NCBI RefSeq assembly: GCF_035084215.1
Contig: NC_090328.1
Location: 17,236,001-17,300,000 of the forward strand
Reading direction: 5' to 3'
DNA from: Heptranchias perlo
Lineage: Eukaryota
Length of the DNA stretch: 64,000 nt
Shown: in pieces, positions 50,546 to 64,000 of the stretch
Numbering within the stretch: position 1 is the stretch's first letter
Layout of the letters: every line of letters begins with the position of its first letter
Made by a program: the position numbers and the translations under genes
Notes under the pieces: generated by a model
Told to the model about the DNA's origin: nothing
The model's database searches: none
What the model saw: only the letters and a program-made list of their open reading frames with translations

Positions 50546-51205
50546 ACTGACTGGCCTATAGTTGCTGGGTTTATCCTTACACCCTTTTTTGAACAAGGGT
50601 GTAACATTTGCAATTCTCCAGTCCTCTGTCACCACCCCCGTATCTGCGGATGTTTGGAAGATTATGGCCAGTACCTCCTCAATTTCCACCCTTACTTCCC
50701 TCGGCAACCTAGGATGCATCCCATCCGGACCAGGTGACTTATCTACTTTAAATACAGCCAGCCTTTCTAGTACCTCCCTTTATCAATTTTTAGCCCATCC
50801 GATATCTGAACTATATCTTCCTTTACTGAGGCTCTAGCAACATCTTCTTCCTTGGTAAAGACAGATGCAAAGTACTCATTTAGTACCTCGGCCATCCCCT
50901 CTGCCTCCATGAGTAGATCTCCTTTATGGTCCCTAATCAGCCCTACTCCCCCTTCTTACCACCCGTTTACTGTTTACATGCCTGTAGAAGACTTTTGGAT
51001 TCCCTTTTATGTTGGCCGCCAGTGTATTCTCATGCTCTCTCTTTGCCCCTCTTATTTCCTTTTTCACTTCCCCACTGAACTTTTTATATTCTGCCTGGTT
51101 CTCACTTGTGTTATCAACATCTGTCATGCGCCCCTTTTTTCCGTTTCATCTCACTCGCTATCTCTTTTGTCATCCGGGGGCTCTGGCTTTAGTTGCCCTA
51201 CCTTT
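50546..51205 (-). mobile_element. CR1 ORF2 internal fragment
   Basis: DWRIANVTPLFKKG..NYRPVS; NIKGNPKVFYRHV. Confidence 0.9.
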
Positions 51206-52239
51206 CGTCAGCTTCGTGTACTTCCAACATTTTCTGATTAGGATTCAGAAGCATTACTGGGGAGCTGGCTTTTGTGCTACACAAGAGGTGATAGAAGGGT
51301 GGGTTGGTTTTCTTTTCACTGGGCTCTATTATTTTGCGTAAATGCAAAAGACCAAACGTCAGTATGGTATTAAAGCTATTAGGCCAAATAAATACTGACA
51401 CCATTTATTTTTGTCTTGAAAAATATTCAAGTGGTTAAAAGAAATGTTCGGGGTAATATTATAGATAGTACATATGTATCTTTCAAAATACACAATGCAA
51501 AAGGAAGCTCGAATTACTTCAGCACAGTGACATTTTATTTCTATCTTTACGAACAGAACGCCCAATTAATTTAGCCAACTCCAGTAATCCCGCTGCTAGG
51601 GATGCATCTGTATGAGGAATGATGATTGCAAGCTGTAGGGGAGGTGGCTTACGAAGCTTGTTGGAAGGATAATATAACACGCTGGCAGCCCACTTTCCAA
51701 GGTTCCTAGACTAGGCTAATAAGCTGACAAGACATTACATGTGGATCGGCAAACCATTACCATACATAAGGCACTCCACGGAGGATCAGAGATTTGTACA
51801 GCAGTATTTATTAAAGAACTGCACAAAATTCTTCAATGACACAGGCCACTGTCAAAATGTCTATTTTTTTGCTCTGTTAACCAACCTTTGTAGAATTAGT
51901 TTGCTCTTGTCAAATCTGGAGAAGATTAAGGTCTGCTCAGTTGAAAGTCATGGGTAAAACTTTGGCTTGCTGAAAGAAGATAGTGGCTGGTCCCATTGTC
52001 TCAGAGTCCATTCCAGGATCTGAATGTAGATGTGTTAACCTCTCTCCAGGCAGGCACGTGTGATTCACAACTGTGCGCAGTCTGCAGTATAACTCAAAGT
52101 GCCGCTGGCCAAGTTTTGCACTCGACAAGCCACTGGTTTCAGAGAGGTGGTGCGGCATGACTGCAGCGCACGTAACAACTACTGAGAGAAGGCAAATTAC
52201 TTTGAAAAAGGAAATAATTATTTACAATGACATTTCACT

Positions 52240-54015
52240 TTTTTTTTTCTTCATTCATGAGATGTGGGCGTCGATGGCGAGGCCAGCATTTATTGCCCAT
52301 CCCTAATTGCCCTTGAGAAGGTGGTGGTGAGCCGCCTTCTTGAACCGCTGCAGTCCGTTTGGTGAAGGTTCTCCCACAGTGCTGTTAGGAAGGGAGTTCC
52401 AGGATTTTGACCCAGCGACGATAAAGGAATGGCGATATATTTCCAAGTCAGGATGGTGTGCGACTTGGAGGGGAACTTGCAAGTGGTGTTGTTTCCATGT
52501 GCCTGCTGCCCTTGTCTTTCTAGGTGGTAGAGGTCGCGGGTTTAGGAGCTGCTATTGAAGAAGCCTTGGCAAGTTGCTGCAGTGCATCCTGTGGATGATA
52601 CACACTATAGCCACGGTGCGTCGGTGGTGAAGGGAGTAACTCGCCGCAGAATACCCAGCCTCTGACCTGCTCCTGTAGCCACAGTATTTATGTGGCTGGT
52701 CCAGTTAAGTTTCTGGTCAATGGTGACCCCCAGGATGTTGATGGTGGGGGATTCGGCGATAGTAATGCCGTTGAATGTCAAGGGGAGGTGGTTCGACTCT
52801 CTCTTGTTGAAGATGGTCATTGCCTGGCACTTGTCTGGCGCAAATGTTACTTGCCACTCATCAGCTCAAGCTTGGATGTTGTCCAGGTCTTGCTGCATGC
52901 GGGCACGGACTGCTTCATTATTTGAGGGGTTGCGAATGGAACTTAACACTGAGCAATCTTCAGCGAACATCCCCATTTCTGATCTTATGATGGAGGGAAG
53001 GTCATTGATGAAGCAGCTGAAGATAGTTGGGCCTAGGACTCAGCCCTGAGGAACTCCTGCAGCAATGCCCTGGGGCTGAGATGATTGGCCTCCAACAATC
53101 ACTACCATCTTCCTTTGTGCTAGGTATGACTCCAGCCACTGGAGAGTTTTCCCCCTGATTCCCATTGACTTCAATTTTACTAGGGCTCCTTTGTGCCACA
53201 CTCGGTCAAATGCTGCCTTGATGTCAAGGGCAGTCACTCTCACCTCACCTCTGGAATTCAGCTCTTTTGTCCATGGTTGGTCCAAGGCTGTAATGAGGTC
53301 TGGTGCCAAGTGGTCCTGGCGGAACCCAAACTGAGCGTCGGTGAGTAGGTTATTGGTGAGTAAGTGCCGCTTGATGGCACTGTCGACGACACCTTCCATC
53401 ACTTTGCTGATGATTGAGAGTAGACTGATGGGCCAGTAATTGGCCGGATTGGATTTGTCCTGCTTTTTGTGGACAGGACATACCTGGGCAATTTTCCACA
53501 TTGTTGGGTCGATGCCAGTGTTGTAGCTGTACTGGAACAGCTTGGCTAGAGGAGCAGCTAGTTCTTGAGCACAAGCCTTCAGCACTACAGCCGGGATGTT
53601 GTCGGGCCCCATAGCCTTTGCTGTATCCAGTGCACTCAGCCTTTTCTTGATATCATGTGGAGTGAATCGAATTGGCTGAAGACTGGCTTCTGTGATGGTG
53701 GGGATATCGGGAGGAGGCCGAAATGGATCATCCACTCGGCACTTCTGGCTGAAGATGGTTGCAAACGCTTCAGCAATGTCCTTTGCACTCACGTGCTGGA
53801 CTCCGCCATCATTGAGGATAGGGATGTTTGCAGAGCCTCCTCCTCCCGTTAGTTGTTTAATTGTCCACCACCATTCACGACTGGATGTGGCAGGACTGCA
53901 GAGCTTAGATCTGATCCGTTGGTTGTGGAATCGCTTAGCTCTGTCTATAGCAAGTTGCTTCCGCTGTTTAGCATGCATGTAGTCCTGAGTTGTAGCTTCA
54001 CCAGGTTGGTACCTC
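52240..54015 (-). mobile_element. Family B LINE, longest copy (RT region, internal deletion near 52636)
   Basis: 333-aa ORF 53040..54041 with PISLLSIISKVME, QFGFR, LDIKAAFDRVWH, GVPQG. Confidence 0.94.
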
Positions 54016-54800
54016 AGTGGTGGGGAAACTTTTAGAAACAATAATCCGGGACAGAATTAACAGTCACTTGGACGAGTGTGGATTGATTAGGGAAAGCCAT
54101 CACGGATTTGTTAAATGCAAATCGTGTTTAACTAACCTGATAGAGTTTTTTGATGAGGTAACGGAGAGGGTAGATGAGGGCAATGCAGTTGATGTGGTGT
54201 ATATGGACTTTCAAAAGGCATTTGATAAAGTGCCGCATGGTAGGCTTATCATCAAGATTGCAGCCCCTGGAATGAAGGGAGCGGTAGCTACGTGGATACA
54301 GAAGTGATACGAACCAGAGATTAGTGATGAATGGTTGTTTTTCGGACTGGAGGGAGGTGTACAGTGGTGTTCCCCAGGGGTCGGTGCTGGGACCACTGCT
54401 TTTCTTGATATATATTAATAATTTGATAGAGGTATTCAAAATCATGAAGGGTCTAGACAGAATAGATAGAGAGAAACTGTTCCCATTGGCGGAAGGGTCA
54501 AGAAACAGAAGGCATAGATTTAAGGTGATTAGCAAAAGGACCAAAGGTGACATGAGGAAAAACTTTTTTACACAGCGAGTGGTTAGGATCTGGAATGCAC
54601 TGCCCGAGGGGGTGGTGGAGGCAGATTCAATCATGGCCTTCAAAAGGGAACTGGATAAGTACTTGAAAGGAAAAAATTTGCAGGGCTACGGGGATAAGGC
54701 GGGTGAGTGGGACTAGCTGGATTGCCCCTGCATAGAACTGGCGCGGACTCGATGGGCCGAATGGCCTTCTTCCATGCTGTATCTTTCTGTGATTCTACGA
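54016..54800 (+). mobile_element. CR1 RT/3' fragment with internal deletions
   Basis: ORFs 54017..54307 and 54324..54716. Confidence 0.92.
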
Positions 54801-56214
54801 TTCCATGGTTCTATACACAGCAGATCCATCAGCCCCTGAAAAGAAGGCATAATATTTTGGGTTGAGACTCTAACCAGAAATATTTCAGCGTTTTTTTCAG
54901 CTTTCCCTCATTTGCTGTTTTTATGTTTTTACATCTATTGTTTTTGAGATAGTCAGCTGGCTAAAATAGCTATCCTGGAGCAAGCCATCCATTTGGTGCA
55001 ATGCTGAGTTAGCATATGTTTTAGCACAAGCAATATTTTCTCTGTTGTGCCAACACTTGTGGAAATAGAGAATAGGGGCTGATTATCCTCGGGACCACGT
55101 GTCTCGTCACTGGACTAGCACAGCACGCATGAACTGGGCTGTGCCTGTCCGAACCGAAGTATGTCTGAATTTGATGAGCTTATTTGTAGCCAGATGCAGG
55201 CCCATCCCCTGCCGGTGGCTTGCACTGGGAAATGGGGCAGAAGCAGGAGCTCAACTACAGGCCTCTTACCACCATCTTCGGAGCCTGCAGGCCTCCGGGG
55301 AGCTGTTGGAGAATAGCTGCCAGAAAGCCCGGATATCCGTTGGGTACTGAAAAGAAAATGTAGGTGATTTACCCTGCCGGCTGTCTTCGCCTTGCTCCCT
55401 GCCTCTTCAATCTGAGCGGCAACCAGGGTCAAGGCCTACTGCCATCTTATTGGGCCTCCACTGAAAATGGGCATAAATTTGATTTTATTGTTTTAAGGGA
55501 GACTCCTTTTTGCTAAAGTGTTTTCTCTCTTTACTTTCCCTGGTTTCTCCATACCACACATCATCTGTAATCAGGAGGGCAGATGAACAACCTGCTCCCT
55601 GGCATTCACAAATGCCACTCAAACTGGCCACTGAGTTGCGCAGAAGAATGACTTGGATGCACTTTCCTCTCTGTTTTCCTCCCTCACCCTGGAAAGGTAT
55701 CTACCCTCTGCATACCACCTCCCTAAAATGTACTGCGGAGATTGTTAATGAAACATGTGGAAAATTGTGTGCACTAATCCAGTCCCACAGCTATTTTTAA
55801 TGGTATATTTTTCTATTATACCACATACATGGACTCAATATCGCTGGTGTAGTGTACTGATCCATTCCATGCTTTGCACCTGACTTTTGGCCGTAGATTT
55901 TCCGCAACATTACCGCTCCATATCAGGCAGTAGCTGGGTGGTCAGCATCTGGCGATGAGTGGATGTATTCAAATTAGACATTAGCGGCAGGATTATGTCA
56001 CCTGACAGATTTTCTGTCATCCCAGCATCCAGTTTTGCATAAGTGATGGGGGAGAGGGGGAGTTTAAAAACAAAAGAGCCACCTTATCTAGTGCAAACAA
56101 TCGCCGCGTCATCTATTTCACCGGGCAAGGAGAATAGTTCAAAGATTAAAATATTTTCTTCGGTCAAGGCCATACTATTAAGTGGCAGGTACCACAGCCA
56201 TTTCCCTCTTTGAT

Positions 56215-56448
56215 GTGGAGATGCCGGTGATGGACTGGGGTTGACAATTGTAAACAATTTTACAACACCAAGTTATAATCCAACAATTTTATTTGAAATT
56301 CACAAGCTTTCGGAGGCTTCCTCCTTCCTCAGGTGAATGTTGTGGAAATGAAATCCTCGAACCCTTCGCATTTATAAATCACAGAACAATACCTGGTGAT
56401 TACAGATAGTCTTTCCTTGGCTGCCTTGGCAACGGGCAGTTGGAAAGA
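56215..56448 (-). mobile_element. Second copy of the same Penelope-like family (3' end), with hammerhead motif at 56299-56337 (-)
   Basis: Starts GTGGAGATGCCGGTGATGGACTGGGG like 20750; about 130 bp closely similar to 20750-20880, then additional element sequence. Confidence 0.82.
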
Positions 56449-57809
56449 TCCACTGGGGTCAGCGATAACTGGGAAGGGTGTTGCAAAGCTTGGCCACTCA
56501 CTGATCTGTTGGGATTCCCAGTAGATCGAAAAATCCAGCCCCTGATGTAGTAGATTAATCTATTCCACGTTTTGCATCTGATTCTAGCTCAGTCTGATTA
56601 AGAAATCGAATAGTAGGCTAGAAACAGCAAGTACTGGACTATCTGCCTAAGCTGAGATCGAAGGTCAGAGTGCAGGAGACTTGTAGAAACCAGTTGATAC
56701 TGGCTGGGCTGAGAGTTGTTTGAGTAATACTGAACTGAATGAACTCTGGAGCTATCTGTGTCCTAAGTCTTTATGCGCTACAGATGGTACACATTTGGTG
56801 AATTATTTCTGAAACCACCTCTTTTTATGATTCCTGAAATCATGTGATGCAGCACATGCATGACATAAAAACTATTTTCCCTGTGCTGTAATTTTCCACC
56901 GGTCGCAGTTATTTAGTGACTGCTGCAACTTGAACTGGAAGCAGATTAACAAATAACAATGAACCGTTCAGTATTTTGTGCTGCAGAGTGCAGCCAGCGA
57001 CCAGCCCATCTCCACATCGAGCTCATCAACTGCCATGTGATCAGGTCACAGTTTATCAAGACTCATGAGAAAAAAGAACAGAATGGAGAGCAATGTGAAG
57101 GAAGACAGCTAGCATAGTGAAACACTAGGGCAAAATAAATAGATGCATATGGAGAGAAACAGAGACTACCCCAAATAAAGTGAATAGGCGAGTTAGACAA
57201 TGACTGGGTTGGAACAGGGAATTTGCAGCAACATTAGTTCCAACAGTGATGTCTAAGATCTGTAAGCAGGACCACTGGAAAATCATGATGACATTTTTAT
57301 CAAGGACCCACAAAAAAAATCACCATAGCATGAAAATCTCATCACCTGCTCCATTTCCCCAACTTACCCCTTACTGCCACTCTCAGCTCCTCTGTAACTT
57401 TAAACTGGTCCTAACTGGAGAGCACTGATCATAATGCAACATCTGTACTATAGATTGTAATACTCTATATATCTGCAAGCAAAAGCAGTTCATATTGGCC
57501 CCAAATTTCGTGGATCGCACTTAGGCAGAAATTATGCCAAAAAAATTTTGGTGCTGATCTTACAGATGGGAATTGGCACCGAAATTTCCTGCGAAGCTCA
57601 TTTGCCGACTGGAATGTAAAAACCAGTATAAGACAAGTGCAAATGCAGCATCACCAATAGGGGGTGGGTTGCTGTTTTCTGCCGCGATGCCTCACTCTCA
57701 GCTCTTCTTGCCTCTGCTGTTACCTCATCCTCTTCTATTATTTGCTAAAAATAGATAATAGGGAAAATCTTCCCACCCTATTTACAGTGTTGCTAACACA
57801 TAGCATAAA

Positions 57810-60800
57810 TATAAGAACATAAGAAATAGGAACAGGATTAGGCCATACGGCCCCTCGAGACTGCTCCGACATTCAATATGATCATGGCTGATCTTCCACC
57901 TCAACTCCACTTTCCCACGTAATCCCCATATCCCATGATTCACTTAGAGTCCAAAAATCTATCTATCTCAGCCTTGAATATACTCAACGACTCAGCATCC
58001 ACAGCCCTCTGGGGTAGAGAATTCCAAAGATTCACAACCGTCTGAGTGAAGAAATTCCTCCTCATCTCAGTCCTAAATGTCCGGCCCCTTATCCTGAGAC
58101 TATGTCCCCTAGTTCTAGACTCTCTAGCCAGGGGCAATATCCTCTCAGCATCTACCCTGTCAAGCCCTCTTAGAATCTTATATGTTTCAATGAAATCACC
58201 TCTCATTCTTCTAAACCCCAGAGAGTAAAGGCCCATTCTACACAATCTAACCTCATGGGACAACCCTCTGATCCAAGGAATCAATCTAGTGAACCTTCGT
58301 TGCATGACCTCTAAGGCAAGTATATCCTTCTTTAGGTAAGGAGACCAAAACTGTACACAATGCTCTGGGTGCAGTCTCACCAAAGCCCTGTACAATTGTA
58401 CTCCAACCTCCTTGCAATAAAGGCCAACACACCATTTGCCTTCCTAATTGCCTGCTGTACCTACATGTTAATTTTCTGTGTTTCGTGTACAAGGACACCC
58501 AAATCCCTCTGAACGCGAACATTTAATAATTCCTCACCATTTAAAAAATAGTCAGTTTTTCTATTTTTCCTACCAGAATGAATAACCTCACATTTCCCCT
58601 TATTATACTCCATCTGCCACCTTCTTGTCCACTAACTTAACCTGTCAATATCCCTTTGCAGACTCTTTGTGTCCTCCTCACAGCTTACGTTCCCACCCAG
58701 CCTTGTATCATTAGCAAACTTAGATACATTACACTCGCTCCCTTCACCTAAGTCATTAATAGACATTGTAAATAGTTGAGGCCCATGCATTGATTCTTGC
58801 GGCATTAGTTACAACTTGCCAACCCGTAAATGACCTGTTTATTCCTACTCTCTGTTTTCCATCTGTTAACCAATCCTCTATCCATGCTAATATATTACCC
58901 CCAATCCCATAAGCCCTAATCTTGTGTAACAACCTTTTATGGGGCACCTTATCAAATGCCTTTTGAAAATGCAAATATATTACATCCACTGGTTCCCCCT
59001 TTTCTGCCCTGCTAGTTACACCCTCAAAAAACTCTCATAGATTTGTCAAACACAATTTCCCTTTCATAAAACTGTGTTGACTCTGCCCAATCATATTTTG
59101 ATTTTCTAAGTGCCCCGGTACTATGTCCTCAATAATAGATTCTAGCATTTTCCCTACTACTGATGTCAGTCTAACTGACCAACAGTTCCCTGTTTTCTCT
59201 CTCCCTTCTTTCTTGAATAGCAGGGTTACATTTGCTACCTTCCAATCCATGGGGACCGTTCAAGAATCTAGGGAATTCTGGAAGATCAAAATCAATGCAT
59301 CCACTATCTCTGCAGCCACCTCTTTTAAAACCCTAGGATGTAGGCCATCAGGTCCAGGGGATTTGTTGGCTTTTAGTCCCATTAATTTTTCTAAAACTTT
59401 TTCTTTACCAATTGTAATTACTTTAAATTCCTCCCTCTCATTAGATCCTTGGCTCCCCACTTGGTATATTTTTTGTCTTCTACTGTGAAGACAGATATAA
59501 AATATTTGTTTAACGTCTTTGCCACTTCCTTATTCCCCATTATAATTTCTCCTGTCTCTGCAAGGGACCCACGTTTACTTTCAATAATCTCTTCCTTTTT
59601 ATATACTTGTAGAAGCTCTAACAATCTGTTTTTATATTTCTTGCTAGTTTACTCTCATATTCAATTTTCTCCCTCTCTATCAACTTCTTGTTTATCCTTT
59701 GCTGATTTCTAAAACGCTCCCAATCCTCAGGCTTACTCCTCTTTTTGACAACATTGTAAGCCTCTCCTTTTAATCTAATACTATCCTTAACTTCTCTAGT
59801 TAGGCACGGTTGGATCACTATTCCTGTGGAGTTTTTATTCCTCAAGGCTATGTATATTCGTTGGGAGTTATGAATTATTTCTTTAAATGTTCACCATTGC
59901 TTATCTACTGTCATATCTTTTAATCTAATTTCCCAATCTACCTTAGCCAACTCACCCATCATACCTACATAAGGGCCTTGTTTAAATTTAAGATCATAGT
60001 TGTGGACTTAACTACATCACTCTCAAACTAAATATGAAATTCTATCATATTATGATCACATTGCCCCAGAGGATCCTTTATTATAAGATTACAAATTAAT
60101 CTTGTCTCATTACAGAATACTAGATCTAGAATAGTTGGTTCCTAGACATACTGTTCTAGAAAATTGTCTCGGATGCATTCCATGAACTCGCCCACCAAAC
60201 TATTTTTGCCAATTTGGTTTGTCTAGTTTATATGAAGATTAAAATCGCCTATGACTATTGCATTACCCTTATTACATGCTCCTCTAATTTCCTGATTTAT
60301 ACCCTGTCCAATACTATAACAACTGCTAGGGGGCCTGTAAACTGCTCCCACCAGTGTTTTCTGCCCCTTGTTATTTCTTAGCTAGGTCCAGACTGATTCT
60401 ACATCCTGATTTTCTGAGCTAAGATCCTTTCTCACTGCTGTCTTTATCTCATCCTCTATTATCAGGGCTACCCCCTCCCGCACCCCCCCCCCCCATTTTC
60501 CATTTTTGTCTATCTTTTCTAACTGTCAAGTAACCTGGTATATTTAGTTCACAACTTTGGTCATCCTGCAACCACCTCTCAGTAATGGCTATTAGATCAA
60601 ACCCATTTATCTCTATTCGTGCCATTAATTCATCTATCTTGTTACGAATGCTTTGTGCATTCAGAGACAGTGCCTTTAATTTTAACTTTTTACTTTTATT
60701 CCCTGATGCAACCTTAGTCACTAATGCCCTATTAACTTTGTTAAACTCTCTGTCCCTTTCTGACACACTCTGCTTGTTTTTACACAAATCTGCTGTACAG

Positions 60801-60860
60801 CCTTGACGTTTCTTTTTAGACTGATAAAATTACCCTTCCCTGAACCCTCCTCCCCTCTCA
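57810..60860 (-). mobile_element. CR1 LINE, near-complete degraded ORF2
   Basis: Chain of short ORFs from APE (60449..60787) through RT to the C-terminus (57940..58395). Confidence 0.95.
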
Positions 60861-61494
60861 GCAACTAGAGGAATTCTTTCCATTAAGGCTGTCAACAAAT
60901 ATGTACTTCAGTGAAGCCGCTTTACTTCTGCGCTTAGCTCCTTGACCTGGAGGTTACGATGGTGCTGGATCACCTAGCTTCAAATCTTGGTTAATCGAGA
61001 ATTTAGGTCAAGTATTCCTCAATTTGGGGACAAACCACTTTGTAGATTCTGAAGGTCTATATAGAAAATGAGGTTGTTGTTATTAGTGGACATCAGTGAT
61101 CACATTTAAAAGCTGATTTAATTTAACAGGAAATGGAATATTGGTAATAGCATGCTGGTGATTCGATGACATCAACAGTACGTGCTAGCCTGGTTTGGGT
61201 GAAGCAGAATTGGCCATTCTCAGCACTCAAAGAATTAACCTTGCTGTGGTCAAAAGATGAACTTAAAGGTCAATTAGATTTTGACACAACCTTTTAACAT
61301 CTTTTCCCATCTCGCTTTATTTATAATTTGTCATTTCATTTTCAACCAAATCAGTAGCTCTACTTAGTGGCAGCTGCAGCATTCAGCATTAAGAATAGTC
61401 AGATAATGGAGAAAACCACATAACCAATCCATTAGTGTGTCAGGGATGATGCCAAGGAGCAAGATTTTTGATAACTGCAGGATAATTCTAAATT

Positions 61495-63778
61495 CATCGC
61501 AACTGGTTCATGCTGGGGCTTATGCTCCACACGAGCCTTCTCCCTACTTCATCTAACCCTATCAGGATATCCTCTATGCTTTTCTCCTTCGTGTGCTTAT
61601 CTAGCTTCCCCTCACATGCATCTATTTGCCTCAACTATTCCTCGTAGTAGCACGTTCCACATTCTTGCTACTCCTTGAGTAAAGAAATTTCTCCTGAATT
61701 CCCTATTGGATTTATTAGTGACTATCTTATATTTATAACCTCTAGTTTTGGACTCCCCCACAAGTGGAAACATTTTCTCTATGTCTACCCTATCAAACCC
61801 TTTCATTATCTTAAAGATCTCTATCAGGTCACCCCTCAGCCTTCTGTTTTCTAGAGAAAAGAGCCCCAGCCTGTTTAGTCTTTCCTGATAAGTATATCCT
61901 CTCAGTTCTGGTATCATCCTTGTGAATCTTTTTTGCACCTTCTGCAATCATCCAAACATCCTTTTTATAATATGGAGACCAGAACTGTGCACAGTTCTCC
62001 AAGTGTGGTCTAACCAAGGTTCTATACAAGTTTAACATAACTTATCTGCTTTTCAATTCTATCCCTCTAGAAATGAATTCCAGTGCTTGATTTGCCTTTT
62101 TTATGACCTTATTAACCTTCGTCACTACTTTTTGTGATTTGTGTATCTGTACCCCAAGATCCCTTTGCTCCTCTACCCCATTTAGACTCTTATTATCCAA
62201 GCAGTATATGGCCTCCTTACTCTTCCTACCAAAATGCACCACCTCACACTTATCTAAATTGAAATTCATTTGCCAATTACATGCCCGTTCTGCAAGTTTA
62301 TTAATATCTTCCTGCATTTTAATGCATTCTTCCTTTGTATCGACTATACCTCCCAATTTGGTGTCTGCAAATTTTGAAATTGTACTTCCGATTCCCGAGT
62401 CCAAATTGTTGATGTAAATTGTGAACAACAGTAATCCCAGCATCGATCCCTATGAAATACCACTTCTCACCTTTTGCCAGTCTGAGTAGTTACCCTTAAC
62501 CCCCTACTCTCTGTTTTCTGTTTTGTAGCCAGCTTGATATCCATACTGCTACTTGTCCCTGACACCACATGCTCTGACCTTAGTCATGAGTCTACAATGT
62601 GGTACCTTATTGAAGATCTTTTGAAAATCCAAATATACTACATCTACTACATTACCCTTGTCTACTCTTACTGTTACTGTTACTTCTTCAAAGAATTCAA
62701 TAAGGTTGGTCAAGCATGACCTTCCCTTCTGAAATCCGTGTTGACTATTCTTTATTATATTTTTGTTCTCTAGTGTTAATTGTATCCATATGATTTCTAT
62801 CAATTAGTGTTAATTGTATTCAGGTGGCGTGCATCAACTGGGGACTCTCTTGTATCCATTTATATGAGAGCTTATCTAGATGGTGCACAGAGGGTAATGT
62901 GGATCTCTGTGAATAAAGGCTTGGAAGTTACTGAACACCAGGCTCTAGGATTCTATCGTTCATCACCTGATTACCCAATTTATTACATCTAAATGTCTTT
63001 CTATTATACCTTTGAGTAAAGATTATCCATTTTCTTTCTTATCACCAACATTAAGCTAACTGGTCTATAGTTCCCTGGACTTGTTCTATCTCCCTTTTTA
63101 AATACAGGAATAACATTAGCTGTCTGCCAGCACTATTCCCTTTTCTAATGATTTTTTATATATATGTAATAGTGCCTCTGCTATCTCTTCCTTAGCTTCT
63201 TTTAATATGCATGGATGCAATGCAATCCATCTGGACTAGGTGTTTTATCCTCTAAGTTTGATTAGTTTAGCAATTGTATCCCCCCTTTCTATCTTAAATG
63301 TCTTTATACCTTTTTTGATCTCCTCTTCTAATGTCATACTCACCTTATAAGTCTCCCTGATAAATACTGAAGCAAAGTAACTATTCAATATTTCTGCCAT
63401 TTTGCTGTCATTACCTGTGAGTTTATCTTGTGCATTCCTTAGTGGCCCTATTCCTATCCTGATTTTCTTGTTATTTATGTGTCTGTAGAATACTATTTCT
63501 TTTTATATTCCTTGATAATTTAATTTTGTAGTTACTCTTTGCTTTCCTAATTATTTTTTCAAATCCTTCCTAACCTCTTCAGATATCCTTTTTCACATCC
63601 CCTCCTTTATTGTCTTTGTACTTAAAGTATGCTTTTTTTAGTTTCAATGTTACCTTTATCTCTTTATTCATCCATGGTATATCATTATTGGCTAGTTTGT
63701 TCTTGTTTTTTGAGGAAAATATTTCTCCTGAACTCTACTGATCACCATTTTAAATATTTCCCAATGCTGTTCTATCTC
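61495..63778 (-). mobile_element. CR1 LINE, older subfamily, degraded ORF2 (interrupted at about 62775-62990)
   Basis: ORFs 62549..62803, 62042..62443, 61612..61947. Confidence 0.92.
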
Positions 63779-64000
63779 TTAGAATCATAGAATCATAGAA
63801 GTTACAACATGGAAACAGGCCCTTCGGCCCAACATGTCCATGTCTCCCAGTTTATACCACTAAGCTAGTCCCAATTGCCTGCACTTGGCCCATATCCCTC
63901 TATACCCATCTTACCCATGTAACTGTCCAAATGCTTTTTAAAAGACAAAATTGTACCCGCCTCTACTACTGCCTCTGGCAGCTCGTTCCAGACACTCACC
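63779..64000 (-). mobile_element. 3' end of another CR1 subfamily, running off the window
   Basis: (TAGAATCA)n tail microsatellite and GGCCCTTCGGCCC 3' UTR hairpin. Confidence 0.82.

Noticed and set aside
53040-54041. 333-aa reverse transcriptase ORF as a retron, DGR or domesticated gene
   Set aside because: Ordinary truncated non-LTR retrotransposon ORF2 with related copies elsewhere in the window; it stops at GVPQG before the catalytic DD motif.
1-64000. Prokaryotic systems (CRISPR arrays, operons, defence islands)
   Set aside because: The sequence is vertebrate, with spliceosomal introns; no regularly spaced repeat-spacer array was seen.

Overview
This is eukaryotic genomic DNA, and its repeat content (CR1 and L2 LINEs, Deu-domain tRNA SINEs, Penelope-like elements) points to a cartilaginous fish, probably a shark (inference). 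The only host gene I can support is aspartylglucosaminidase (AGA) on the minus strand. Coding exons 1-8 (20213 down to 8186) were reconstructed by hand with GT-AG boundaries and compatible phases, giving 311 codons and an intact HD|T autoproteolysis site. The last exon was not found and probably lies left of the window. Two features stand out. (1) An old partial tandem duplication (about 24160-26115) places a second intact exon 1 plus promoter 5.7 kb upstream; its intron is clearly diverged, but a 210-bp exon/promoter tract is nearly identical and every exon difference is non-synonymous. (2) Between the two first exons sits a young Penelope-like insertion, a perfect 99-bp-arm palindrome carrying a minimal hammerhead ribozyme motif. 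From 26 kb to 64 kb the window is a gene-free, TE-rich tract. Nearly all ORFs in the supplied track are LINE fragments or chance ORFs. Repeat boundaries are approximate and family names come from recalled consensus features, not searches.
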